Shown here one piece after another: positions 51,530 to 64,000 of a stretch of 64,000 bases of DNA (the first letter of the stretch is position 1; every line of letters begins with the position of its first letter). The DNA comes from Eledone cirrhosa (Eukaryota), in contig OZ024741.1 in assembly GCA_964016885.1 (NCBI GenBank), positions 44,268,001 through 44,332,000 of the forward strand, in the 5' to 3' direction. Below the pieces are notes generated by a model that saw nothing but the letters and a program-made list of their open reading frames with translations, was not told where the DNA came from and made no database searches. The position numbers and the translations under genes are program-made.

Positions 51530-52042
51530 CATACACACACACACACATACACACACACACACACATATTTGTTGTGAAAGAGTCATTTCTCAATCTTGGC
51601 GCAAAACCAATTTTTTATCCACATGACCGCTACCGACCATCAAAATTGTTTTGACCAAGAATTTTTGCTGGAGCCACTTTTTTAACATAAAAACAGTCTT
51701 GGCGCAAAATCAACTTTTTACATTCACATGACCTCTACCGACCAATCAAAATTGTTTTGACCACAAGCATTTTTGAAACACAAAAATAACGCTGGAGCCA
51801 CTTTTTTAACATAAAAACAGGTAGAATTCCCAAAACTAATCAGATCAGAGCAAACAGCACGGACACTCCATCTCAAAATTATTTTTCAAAAGCATTTAGA
51901 AATGCGCAACCGGTAAAAACTTAAAAACTTAAAAACCACAACTGAATACTAACCCATACAATCACAAATACTCTTTTATTCCTAATTAAACCATTTTTCA
52001 ACTGTGAACAATTTGTCAGCATTTTCTATTCCGTTTACCAAT
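49404..52042. mobile_element. 2.6-kb family A PLE fold-back with rearranged GIY-YIG fragments in the centre
   Basis: 49443-50470 is the reverse complement of ~50995-52041; minus strand IIKSKRQSKS..CDRPNCGIC..HNFTCASENLIY; plus strand KESYFINKYGPRLN. Confidence 0.88.
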
Positions 52043-52065
52043 ATATATATATATATATATATATA

Positions 52066-53931
52066 TTGTTATACTTTGGGAGGGTCAAGTTGCCAATAAG
52101 AAACACACGCACCAGTTGCTTTCAATTCAATTTATTATAATAAAGTTATAAATTTAGGAATTTATAAATTCCCGGTTGGTTGGTTCCACAACCAGATGGT
52201 TGTTTATATATTGTCAAAGTTCTTTCGTCACACATTATGTGACCTCTTCAGTGACTGGTAATTATTTTCTTTGTTTTTGTGTGCCTCTCCTTTGTTCTGT
52301 CCTACGCTATCTTGTTTTTGTGTGTGTGTTGTGTGTTTAGTTTGCGCATGTGTTACATCCGGGTGTCTGTGTGTGTTTATATTCGTTTATTTATTTGTTT
52401 ATTTACATGTTACTGGTTGGTCGTTTGTTCTATGTGCGTATGTGTTTTCATTTTGTCCTTAATTGTAAGTTGTGATGTTGCTGTTCCACTCATGTTTTCT
52501 ATTTAATTTTGGTTGTAATTCATTTACGTTTATTGCCTCTGTGATTTGTCTAAACATTGCGTCTTTTCTGTGTGTAGATTCTATTTTTATTTCTACGTTC
52601 TCTAATTTACCCTTATTTTCTATTTTAGCATGTTGGTAGAGTACAGATGATTCTTTACTATTTTGAAGGTCTCGCTAGTGTTCATTTATCCGTTCCCCTA
52701 TACTACGACCTGTATCACCTATGTACACTATATTTTTATCTCTACATTGTCCTTCAGTATATCTTATGCTATATACTACATTTCTAGTTTTACAGTTAAT
52801 ATGGGTTATTAATTTGCAGATTATACATTTCCTATCTATACAGGGAGGTCTTTGAAAAGGGTATGTATTGGTAATAAGTGTTTTTATGGAGGTACCTGGT
52901 CTTTCTACTATCTTAATATTGGGTTTATGTTTATCTAGGACACTTCTAAATTTGTAAGCTAATTCACCTCTAGGTGAACATTACACTCTGGTATTTATTG
53001 CTATCATACCATGAGTTTATTCTATTAGCCTTATTCCTAGTTCTTTCTATTCTATTCCAAAATTTGCTCCTATACAAGGGGCAGGGCCTATTTGTGTGTT
53101 TATTTACCATTTTTTCCTATTTGGTTCTGGCTCCTCTATAGAAGAACTGGAAATGTAGTATATAGCATAAGATGTACTGAAGGACAATGTAGAGATAAAA
53201 ATATAGTGTACATAGGTGAGACAGCTCGTAGTATAGGGGAACGGATAAATGAACACAGGCGAGACTTCAAGATAGTAAAGAATCATCTGTACTCTACCGA
53301 CATGCTAAAATAGAAAATAAGGGTAAATTAGAGAACATAGAAATAAAAATAGAATCTACACACTGAAAAGACGCAATGTTTAGACAAATCACAGAGGCAA
53401 TACACATACATGAATTACAACCAAAATTAAATAGAAAACATGAGTGGAACAGCAACATCACAACTTACAATTAAGGACAAAATGAAAACACACACGCACA
53501 TAGAACAAACGACCAACCAGTAACTTGTAAATAAACAAATAACTAAACGAATATAAACACACACAGACACCCGGATGCAACATATGCGCAAACTAAACAC
53601 ACAACACACACACAAAAACAAGATGGCGTAGGACAGAACAAAGGAGAGACACAAATAACAAAGAAAATAATCCCCAGTCACTGAAGAGGTCACAGAATTT
53701 GTGACGAAAGAAGTTTGACAATATATAAACAACCATCTGGTTGTGGAACCAACCAACCAACCGGAAATTTATAAATTCTTAAATTTATAAATTTATTATA
53801 ATAAATTGAAGTAAAAGCAACTGGTGCATGTGTTTCTTTTTGGCAACATGACCCTCCCAAAGTATAACAATATCGGTTTCAACACACGTTTTCAGATAAA
53901 GAATCTTGCTAAACAAATTCAGAAACGAACG

Positions 53932-53935
<4 letters not shown>
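52066..53935. mobile_element. Family B' PLE fold-back: GIY-YIG and 3' UTR on both arms, hammerheads at 52213-52255(-) and 53677-53719(+)
   Basis: NVVYSIRC..YIGETARSIGERINEH; gtca-CTGAAGA-g-gtcaca..tgtgac-GAAA-gaac-TT-tgac; inversion at ~53142; ~60-nt tail on the right. Confidence 0.9.
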
Positions 53936-53993
<58 letters not shown>

Positions 53994-53999
<6 letters not shown>

Positions 54000-55443
54000 G
54001 TTAAAAATGTACATCTACATATGCATACTGAAATACTAGTGTGCATATGAATACACACACGTATACATATGTAGATGTAACAAGTCTTTCACTGGTTACT
54101 TTATTGTGAGCAACCCAGCTATTCTGTATGTAAACACACAGACAAACCGGTTTTTAGAGTCATACTGGTTTTCGAGGAAACACCTTTCCTCTATTCTCCA
54201 GAAAGCCAGACAAGGAATATTGAACTAGTTTCGTTGTTGTTACAACTCATCAGCAATATTTACCTATCTACCGGCCTTTCTGGAGAATCGTAAAAGCACA
54301 TATCGTTATATGCTTTTTCTATGAAAATTAGTAGTGGGCAGACTAATTTGCATAGAGTGTGAGTACGCACCGGTTCAGCGGAGACGATAAAAACAAATAA
54401 CGAAACGAAATTAAATTTCGTTTCGTTTGTAACTCACTTTTGTATGACTGACGCTTAAACAATTAAGTTAAAAATGTACATCTACATATGCATACTGAAA
54501 TACTAGTGTGCATATGAATACACACACGTATACATATGTAGATGTAACAAGTCTTTCACTGGTTACTTTACTGTGAGCAACCCAGCTATTCTGTATGTAA
54601 ACACACAGACAAACCGGTTTTTAGAGTCATACTGGTTTTCGAGGAAACACCTTTCCTCTATTCTCCAGAAAGCCAGACAAGGAATATTGAACTAGTTTCG
54701 TTGTTGTTACAACTCATCAGCAATATTTACCTATCTACCGGCCTTTCTGGAGAATCGTAAAAGCACATATCGTTATATGCTTTTTCTATGAAAATTAGTA
54801 GTGGGCAGACTAATTTGCACGTATACATATACATATGTATACGTGTGTGTATTCATATGCACACTAGTATTTCAGTATGCATATGTAGATGTACATTTTT
54901 AACTTAATTGTTTAAGCGTCAGTCATACAAAAGTGAGTTACAAACGAAACGAAATTTAATTTCGTTTCGTTATTTGTTTTTATCGTCTCCGCTGAACCGG
55001 TGCGTACTCACACTCTATGCAAATTAGTCTGCCCACTACTAATTTTCATAGAAAAAGCATATAACGATATGTGCTTTTACAATTCTCCAGAAAGGCCGGT
55101 AGATAGGTAAATATTGCTGATGAGTTGTAACAACAACGAAACTAGTTCAATATTCCTTGTCTGGCTTTCTGGAGAATAGAGGAAAGGTGTTTCCTCGAAA
55201 ACCAGTATGACTCTAAAAACCGGTTTGTCTGTGTGTTTACATACAGAATACCTGGGTTGCTCACAGTAAAGTAACCAGTGAAAGACTTGTTACATCTACA
55301 TATGTATACGTGTGTGTATTCATATGCACACTAGTATTTCAGTATGCATATGTAGATGTACATTTTTAACTTAATTGTTTAAGCGTCAGTCATACAAAAG
55401 TGAGTTACAAACGAAACGAAATTTAATTTCGTTTCGTTATTTG

Positions 55444-55450
<7 letters not shown>
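53994..55450. mobile_element. Second locus of the 467-bp retrozyme-like family: ~1.8 units, then ~1.3 inverted units
   Basis: Period 467 (54001/54468); hammerheads at 54216-54260(-), 54683-54727(-), 55110-55154(+); junction at ~54820-54830. Confidence 0.92.
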
Positions 55451-55505
<55 letters not shown>

Positions 55506-56242
55506 TGAGGGAGAGATACATAGATATGCGTGTTTGTGTCCGTATGAACGTAATTACATGTGTTTATGCATACATATATATTAATATGTGTATGTATGTG
55601 TATATGTATGTATGTTTGTATGTTAGATAATATGTATGTTTGTATGTTTGAACGTATGTATATATGTATGTGTTTGTGTAAGTTTGGATCTACCGAGTCA
55701 CAGGTCAGAGATGCAGAAATACTAAATCATACAAGCAAGTATATTGCAAATACATTTACAATTTCAGACAGTATGAATTTCTAAATGTTTTAAGGGCTTA
55801 ACATTCCTGTATATACGATTATAGTTTTAAGAGAAAGAAATGAAATGAATAAAAAATATAAGCTAGAAAGGTGAACTTTGAGTAAGAGTGAAATGACATT
55901 AAAAATATGTAAATTAAACTTGATCCGTATAAAATACATTTCCGTTTTACTGCTGTGAAAGAGTCAGAAGATATCAGGATAACGTGTTAAAAAACATGTT
56001 ACTGGCAGAGGAAAATTGTATGTTGACATATCAAATTGTGATTTGACCCGCTATTGAAATGTATGAAATGGCGAATAAATAAAAAGAGAAGAATTTTTTT
56101 TTTCACTTCATGGTTGAGTTTGAAAAAGAAATGAATAAATATTCTTACCAATATTAACTGATCTTAACTTAACAGACTTCAGTGAAATCACATTATTTGA
56201 CAAGCTAGCCAAGAAGTATTGAAAGTGAATAACATATGTATC

Positions 56243-56288
<46 letters not shown>

Positions 56289-56289
<1 letters not shown>

Positions 56290-57182
56290 GAGGTGGGTAA
56301 GAAAAGTTCCAGGACTGATGTCACAAAACATTTATTTCAAACCCAACTTTCACACTAACAGTTTCCTCCTTCAAAGTAATCCCCCTGAAGTTTAATGCAC
56401 TTTTACATCCTTTTCTGCCACGCTTGCATGCACTCCTGGAAAGATTCTTCCAGGATCCACCGCAGTTCCGCGTCACGGCCATTTTGATGTCGTTCACGTG
56501 TTCAAAACGGGTCCCCTCAGGGTCGTACTCGAAGATCCATGACTTATCACCGGTGATGACTGTCTCTAGCAAGTCTGGGTCAGTTTTAGGACGCTCGGGG
56601 ATGTCCTGGCACACTTGCATGCGTCGACCCTTCTGGTCATCGTTCAGCAGCTTTGGCACCATCTTCGCGCAGACTTTCCGCATGTCCAAATCTTCAGTGA
56701 GAATCTTCCAGACGCTGTCCCGATTCATGCCCAGCTCATTTGCCATCAGTCGAAGAGTCAGACGACGATCGCTACGCACCATCTTCCTGACGCGCTCAAT
56801 GTTGACCTCAGTCCTGGTTGTTGAGGGCCTTCAGCTTCTGGGGGTCATCTTCCACGTCCTCGCGTCCTTCTTTAAATATCTTGCACCACTCAAAAACACG
56901 TGAGTGTGACATCGTCTAATCTCCATACACTTACTGCAACAATCCCAGTGCTTCTAACGGAGTTTTCAAGTGTGTTTGTTGCTCGTGCTCATTGCTTGAC
57001 GACCTGAGACAGAGGACATGTATATAAAATGATGAACAAAAAGGTTTGATCACTGCAGAGAGCTAAGATTACAGTTACATACTCCAGGGGGTTACTTTCA
57101 AGGAGAAAACTCTTAGTGTGAAGTTTGGGTGTGAAATAAATATTTTGTGACATCAGTCCTGGAACTTTTCTGACTCACCTCG
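56289..57182 (-). mobile_element. Internally deleted mariner with TA target duplication and ~115-bp imperfect TIRs
   Basis: TA|cgaggtg..gaaaagttccaggactgatgtcacaaaa ... ttttgtgacatcagtcctggaacttttc..cacctcg|TA; DRRLT.R, KVCAKMVPKLL, ITGDKSW.FEYDPE. Confidence 0.9.
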
Positions 57183-57201
57183 TATGTTATATATATGTAT
57201 G

Positions 57202-57287
<86 letters not shown>

Positions 57288-57289
<2 letters not shown>

Positions 57290-58870
57290 GCGGCGATGAA
57301 TTAGTTTTGCGAGGTTTTTTTTATATGAAATCGTGTGTCGAAACAAATATTGTTATACTTGGGGAGGGTCATATTTGTGTAATATTGCCAGAATTAATAA
57401 CAGAACACACGCCTTGTTTGGTTGGCTTTCGCTTCTCGCTGTCTTTTATATCGGTTATCTAACTTACTCGGTCCTCAATGTTGCCATTGACTGACCGACG
57501 GTCAAAAATAGTACAGATACAATATAGACACAAACACATATATATAAGTTTAATATTCTGATCGCAGATTTGGTACGAGTGATGAAGAATGTGTCCCGCA
57601 CGTGAGACCCAACAGAAATGGAAAGACACATCCAACACTTCATCAACCGCATGCAGTTCTCTGGCTACAACCAAAGAGACAGAGTCAGAGTATACGAAGG
57701 AGCCATGGAAAAGTATAAGAACCTCATAGAACTGGACATGAAAGGAATTTGCCCATTATACAGGAGCAAATCATGGAATAGCTTAGATAGGGCTAGACAT
57801 AAGATAGGGAAAGCCACCTCATGGTACGACAACCAGAGATACTAGAGTGTCATGTTTGGAGGGAAATTAGCTAACCAGTGTAGAAAGGCCCTGAGAAAGA
57901 CCCACTTAAAAATAAAGGTGGTAGAAAAGCCAGGAACCACCATAAAATCCCTGATCAGCAAAACCTACCCTTTTAAGAAAACCCACTGTACCAATAGGAA
58001 ATGTATCATATGTAACGTGAACCCCCGGATAAACTGTAAAACTAGAAACGTAGTCTATAGCATAAGATGTACAGAGGGTACTTGCAGAAACATGACAACA
58101 AAATACATAGGTGAGACAGCTCGTAGCATAGGTGAAAGGATAGACCAACACTGGGGGGAACTAAAAGGACGAAAAAACGGGTCAGTACTATACGAACATG
58201 CTAGACAACAACATGACGGTAACATAGACAACATAGAAATTAGAATAATATCTAAACATAGAAATGACACAGCAGATAGGCAAATCAGAGAGGCCAGTGA
58301 AATAGAAATTAGAAGACCAAAGCTAAACAGAAAGAATGAATGGAATAACAACAACACTCAAACAAACAACACTGACCTAAGAGAAGTATAAATAAGTAAA
58401 TAAAATAAGATAAATAAATAAATACATACACAAGCACAATAACAACAAGCACATAAACACACACAAGTCACCCATCACACAGCAAGCATAACACTATACA
58501 CACACGCAAACGCATGCGCAAAGAAGACGAAATAAAATAAACAAACAAGCAAATAAATAAATAAATATATAGACAGACTGAATAAAAATGGCGTAGACAT
58601 ACAACACAACAGGAGGAAAATATAACACCAATGACGATGTTGCAGATGTGCAATGAAAGATTTATGATAAACTATATATATGTGTTTGTGTCTATATTGT
58701 ATCTGTATTATTTTTGACCGTCGGTCAGTCAATGGCAACATTGAGGACCGAGTAAGTTAGATTACCGATATAAAAGACAGCGAGAAGCGAAAACCAACCA
58801 AACAGTGAGTGTGTTCTGTTATTAATTCTGGCAATATTACACAAATATGACCCTCCCCAAGTATAACATA
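57288..58870. mobile_element. Family B PLE: inverted pLTR with tail (57288-57548), then a 5'-truncated sense copy (RT thumb end, GIY-YIG, 3' UTR/pLTR)
   Basis: 57350-57545 is the reverse complement of 58675-58867; ORFs 57618-57845 and 57852-58391. Confidence 0.9.
57618..58391 (+). pseudogene. PLE GIY-YIG endonuclease region (possibly Naiad-like; clade not tested)
   Basis: SGY, KVVEKPG, C..C.IC, NVVYSIRC, YIGETARS..ER..QH, RQI.EA, N.K.EW. Confidence 0.85.
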
Positions 58871-58902
58871 CATATATTTATATATATATATATATAAATA
58901 CT

Positions 58903-59823
58903 ATAGTAAACTCTGTTCAAAAACGTATCTCTAGAATCTCGTCTAATAGAAGGATTTTCGACGAAAAAGCCCAGTACTACAATGAAGCGTTAGCTAGAGC
59001 AGGATATAGTGATAAAATTATGTACATAGATAATGATAGACAAACTAAACAAAATAACAACTATTTTAATTACGGCCACAACCTTAACAACTATAATAGA
59101 AAGCATTACAATAATTCCAAAAGCCAAAAAAGAAATAGAACTAGGAACATAATATGGTTTGCCCCCCCCCCCCCCCCTTTCTCACTAAACATTAAAACCC
59201 ACATCGCTAAACTATTTTTTAAAGCTCTTGATAATCGCTTCCCTAGAACACATAGGTATCACTCAATTTTCAATAGACATACTATAAAATTAACCTACTC
59301 ATCCACCAAAAATTTAGCACAAAATATTAATAGAATAAATAATAGGAACTTAAAACCTAGCGATAATAGCATAAATAATATACAAGTTAACAAATGTAAC
59401 TGTAGAGATAGATCTAAATGTCCGTTAAATAACAACTGCTTAGTTAAAAATATAATATACAACTGTAATGTTAAAACGGACTTTAATTCTTTTAACTACG
59501 TTGGTTCCACATCGACGGAATTTAAACTTCGCTATAATAACCACAAGAATTATTTCACAGATCCAAGCAAAAAATCTTCAACAGCACTATCAGGCGTACT
59601 CTGGCAACTTAGGCATGATAACGTTAGATATTCGACGGCTTGGAATATAGTCTCAAGAGGGATTCCTTTTAATTCATCCTCTGAGACATGTGACCTCTGC
59701 GCGGAGGAGATATTCCTTATACTAAAATCTAAAAATTCCCTTAATCTACGGACAAATTTATTCAGTTGCTGCAAACATAGATTGAACTCAACTTTTAAAT
59801 ATAAATTTAAATTTAAAATGTAG
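58903..59823 (+). pseudogene. 5'-truncated PLE ORF (RT thumb end plus GIY-YIG; same type as 11763-12255)
   Basis: RISRISSN...ALARAGY, RNIIWF.PP, CNC..CPL...CL..NIIY..YVGST..FK.RYNNH, CDLC.EE, LN..CKH. Confidence 0.88.
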
Positions 59824-61084
59824 TATATTTAGTTTGATTTGTAATTATTTATGAAACTAGCCGATAAATCTTTCGATTTCTTCTTTTTATTCTTCTTTTT
59901 ATTTTTATTTTAAACATTCTTCATGAAAAATTAAACTACCCTAAAAGTTGATGCTCCAAATATATCGAATAAATGTTACACTAGATAAACTTCTATATTA
60001 AATATAAGAACATATGTAGACCAAATGGGTATCCTAAACTTTTGAAATTAATTCTGCTAGACAGGATTTGGTAAATAATTTTTGGTTTTATCTGTTTTCG
60101 ACTCTGATGCTTATAATGAACTTGGCAATATATTGTCAATTAACTTTGAAGGGTTGATCTTTGTGGTCGATTTGCGTGGCATACTATGTTTTTATTTTTA
60201 TTATTTTAATATTTTTTAATATTTTTAATATTTTTATTTTTAATATTTAATATTTTTTAGTTTTCTGTTTTATTTATTTATTATTATTTTTTGTTTTTGT
60301 TGTTTTTGTTTCTGATATTTTTATTAATATATTGAAATCTGTTCTCTATTTCTGCTTGATAGATAATCATGTAGAGTAAAGACAAGAATAGTATTGTTAA
60401 AATTAATATAGACTCTATATATATGTGTATATATACACATATATGTATACTTAAATTTTTATAGCACAATGAGAATGTTCTCCGTGTGAAATAGGAGTTT
60501 GCAGAGCTGATCACGTAAATTCACATCGATGTTTGTAGTTATGATATAAACATATGAATTTTTAAAACTAGACATAAGATCATTACTTTTCACACATTAT
60601 AGATACGTGTCTCATTCATGAATACTGATATTTACATTATAGTGCCTGTTTTTATACGAACTAATGTTTCTACATTGAAACATAGGGTTTTTAAATTCTG
60701 CCTCGCCTATGTCTGGTTACTTTTCATTTTTTTTCTCTCTATATAACGGCTGGTTTCTCTCCTAACCACATATATCTCCCTTACATTAATACTGGAGCTA
60801 AATAAATAAATAAATAAATAAATGTATCATTGATACGTCATTCAACGGATGTTCAACTACCTACTTTTCTCTATATATATCTATCTCTATCTATTTCCTC
60901 TCTCTATATATCTCTCTCTGTTTCTTTACATGAAGTTCTTCTCTTTATCTATCTTTCCATCTCTCTATTTAGTTGCATGCATTTCTTCTTTTTCTTCGTT
61001 TTCTTTCTTTCTTTCCTTCTTTCTTTCTTTCTTTCTGCTTACAATTTTCACTGCCAAATCAACTTTTCAAATGCAAGTCGATGT

Positions 61085-61326
61085 TGAAAGGTATGTCAAA
61101 TCTATTTATTTATAAAACTGTCTATATTGTATTTTGTCTGAAGAAGGCATAACATATTGTTAATATGATATCCCTGAAATATATATAATGAAATAAATAT
61201 GGTTTTATAAATATAGTTTCCATTTATTTAATATCGTAAATATACTCCAAATACTTGTTGAGTGCTTTTATATCAGTTATAAATATTTACTCGTTGTAAC
61301 CCAACAATTTAAATATAACTTTCCAT
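61085..61326 (+). mobile_element. Family D sense copy with hammerhead (61130-61195) and full tail
   Basis: tattttgt-CTGAAGA-agg...cct-GAAA-tatata-TA-atgaaata; homologous to 48645-48787 and 1088-1187. Confidence 0.8.
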
Positions 61327-61346
61327 ATATATATATATATATATAT

Positions 61347-61531
61347 CTTTATAAAGAAAAAAGGTGAAATCGAAAATGCAACTGGAGTCTTATTTTTAAA
61401 ATAAATATATATATTTTAAGAAAAAATAAGACTCCAGTTGCATTTTCGATTTCATCTTATTTTCTTTATACTTTCACTCGTGTAGGACACCTCGGTTATT
61501 TTTCATTCTGTAAAAAAAACCTCACTTTCTA

Positions 61532-61534
<3 letters not shown>
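61347..61534. mobile_element. Mini fold-back (family H), tail on the right; another copy at 62498-62617
   Basis: ataaagaaa..gaaatcgaaaatgcaactggagtcttatttt and its reverse complement. Confidence 0.8.
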
Positions 61535-61579
<45 letters not shown>

Positions 61580-61585
<6 letters not shown>

Positions 61586-61832
61586 TATTAAAAAAATAAT
61601 GAATAAACAAAGAAACAGTTCCTTATAATAAAACAAAATTCATTATTTTTTTAATATAAGGAACTGTTTCTTTGTTTATTCATTATTTTTTTAATAATTT
61701 ATCTTGACTCTGTTTTCCGTTTATTTTTCACCGAAAGTAGTTTTTGAATGCATCTTCTCTTTTCATGATATCCGGATTACATTGAGTTCTTCATACGGAT
61801 TGGACACTACCGTAAAATGTTGGTAGATTTAT
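61580..61832. mobile_element. Mini fold-back (family I), ~130-nt tail on the right
   Basis: aaattattaaaaaaataatgaataaacaaagaaacagttccttata and its reverse complement at 61655-61701. Confidence 0.7.
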
Positions 61833-61869
61833 CTATATATATATATATATATATATATATAATCTCTAT

Positions 61870-61954
<85 letters not shown>

Positions 61955-61996
61955 ATATATATATATATAATATATATATATATATAATATATATAT

Positions 61997-62143
61997 AACG
62001 AAGGAAATGTGGTAAGGAACCAGGTGGACCATAACGCACCAAAGTACTCAATACTTAGGGTAGTAGAGTGGGTAATAGGAACGAGTCCAGAATTAGCCGT
62101 CGAAACGGGTTGAGCTCAGCCGTCGGGGTCTTACTCGTTCCTA
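61997..62143. mobile_element. Family E fold-back in mirrored orientation
   Basis: Inverted tail (61997-62086), then cagaattagccgtcGAAAcgg..ccGTCggggtcttactcgttccta. Confidence 0.8.
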
Positions 62144-62194
62144 TATATATATATAGGAACGAGTAAGACCCCGACGCTCTGGTTTATATATATA

Positions 62195-62286
<92 letters not shown>

Positions 62287-62637
62287 TTTAGTACAGCATT
62301 AACGAAGCTTTATTTCGCGGCCAAGCTAACGAATGCAAATTTGGTCTGTAGCTTTAGCACTCGGATGGGAAAAAGTACCCCAGAGTAATAACAATACGTT
62401 TAGACAGCTTAGCAAATCAAATATAGCGATCGGCAGTCCAGCCGCATCACTAGAGCAACGAAAATACAGGACTCAGGAAAATTTATATATATACAAATAT
62501 ATTAAAAATTGAGGTTTTTTACAAAATGAAAAATAACGGAGGTGTCCTACACGAGTGAAAGTATAAAGAAAAAAAGATGAAATCGAAAATGCAACTGGAG
62601 TCTTATTTTAAAAAGTATATATATATTTATTTGGTTC

Positions 62638-62673
62638 CTTTACCGGTTTCGCAGTTCTTCTGCTTTTCAAAAG
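62638..62673 (-). ncRNA. Candidate U3:A8-variant hammerhead
   Basis: Minus strand: ctt-TTGAAAA-gcag(aagaa)ctgc-GAAA-ccgg-TA-aag. Confidence 0.5.
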
Positions 62674-62720
62674 TAGAGTTGAGATGGAGTGTCTATGGTT
62701 TTTCTCACATATATATATAT

Positions 62721-63200
62721 TTGTTTTGCGATGTTTTTCATATGAAATCGTGAGTCGAAACAAGTATTGTTATACTTAGGGAGTGTCATATTGTTGTAAT
62801 ATTGCCAGAAATAATGACAGAACACACTCACGTTTTCGTTGGTTTTCGCTTCTGCATCTTTTATATCTCCATAGTTAATTCAATCGGCCATCAATGTTTA
62901 TCGTTGACTGACGAACGGTCAAAAATACAGATATAAATATATATATATAGTCTAACAAAGTTCTTTCGTTGCACGTCTGCAACATCATCAGTGCCACTAT
63001 TATCATGTTTCCCCCTATTGTATTGTATTGTTATGTCTACGCCATTTTTATTTTTATCTATCAGTCAATGATAAACATTGATGGCTGAATGAATTAGCTA
63101 TGGAGATATAAAAGATGAAGAAACGAAAACCAACCGAACATTGAGTGTGTTCTGTTATTATTTCTGGCTATATTACAAAAATATGACCCTCCCCAAGTAT

Positions 63201-63207
<7 letters not shown>
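62721..63207. mobile_element. Family B fold-back with hammerhead at 62953-62996(-) and ~45-nt tail on the left
   Basis: tggca-CTGATGA-t-gttgca(gacg)tgcaac-GAAA-gaac-TT-tgtta; arms 62767-62910 and 63060-63207. Confidence 0.85.
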
Positions 63208-63286
<79 letters not shown>

Positions 63287-63786
63287 TTATATATTTATAT
63301 ATTAAAGTATTTTGGGGTTGTTTACCAACACTTCAGTATACAGGTTAGAGCAATCAATGAAGTGCGCAGGGGTCTGTCCACTCTGGAGTAATATAAAAAC
63401 AAGTTCTGTAAGTCAACAGGGTAGAATTAATTTCTTTTATAGGTGATAACAATTATTCAACAGCTATGCCCTCATCATGCAGCTAGGAAGTGGACAGAAA
63501 AAACATGAAAACATAATGGTGGAACAAAGTTTATCTCCGTTATTTAGTTGATATGCCCAGTTCTGAAGTGTGGTGTGTTTTTCTCTAAGAACTGGTGGCA
63601 TGGGATTTAGAATGAACGAATCGAAGCATCTGAAGAATATATCTTCCCCTCATTGGTCAGATACTATCTCAACACTCTAGCTGCCGGCGGAGTTCATGGC
63701 TGTTAAATAAAGGTTAACACCGAAATATATATTGCAGCGATTATGAATAAATGAAGTTAATTTTAACCTCTTGACTTACACTTCCC

Positions 63787-63945
<159 letters not shown>

Positions 63946-64000
63946 TCCCAAGGCTCTGATACCATCAACACTATAAACACAGAGGTGGCATATCTAAGAA
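63946..64000 (+). mobile_element. Start of a second family G element, cut by the window end
   Basis: tcccaaggctctgatacca..acactataaacacagag.tggcatatctaag matches 47620-47672. Confidence 0.8.

Noticed and set aside
57843-57851. Selenocysteine recoding in the possible Naiad-like ORF
   Set aside because: The interrupting codon is TAG, not TGA
63300-63760. Possible exon or RT fragment
   Set aside because: Only weak splice-like strings and a DCSNLYT motif; frames are interrupted

Overview
Eukaryotic, AT-rich, microsatellite-dense DNA with no recognisable host exon. It is most likely octopus (inferred from the SINE families). Nearly all identifiable sequence is retroelement-derived: (i) a ~16.7-kb stack of six insertions in one (TTA)n tract (five R4/Dong-type RLE LINE copies and one Tx1/L1-type LINE, 24.2-40.9 kb); (ii) an RTE LINE, two mariner remnants and several SINEs; (iii) a decayed full-length Penelope-like element (PLE) and at least three types of PLE GIY-YIG 3' ends. 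The main observation is about 18 fold-back insertions sitting in (TA)n microsatellites. They come from about 10 unrelated sequence families but share one architecture: both arms point 3'-outward, one arm stops at a fixed internal site, and the other carries a fixed ~40-140-nt extra tail. Most families contain a minimal type I hammerhead ribozyme motif. Two families are non-coding 467-bp and 557-bp monomers laid down as head-to-head tandem arrays, resembling retrozymes copied from a circular RNA by PLE machinery. Coordinates were read by eye and may be off by a few nt. Ribozyme calls are motif and pairing predictions, not activity data.
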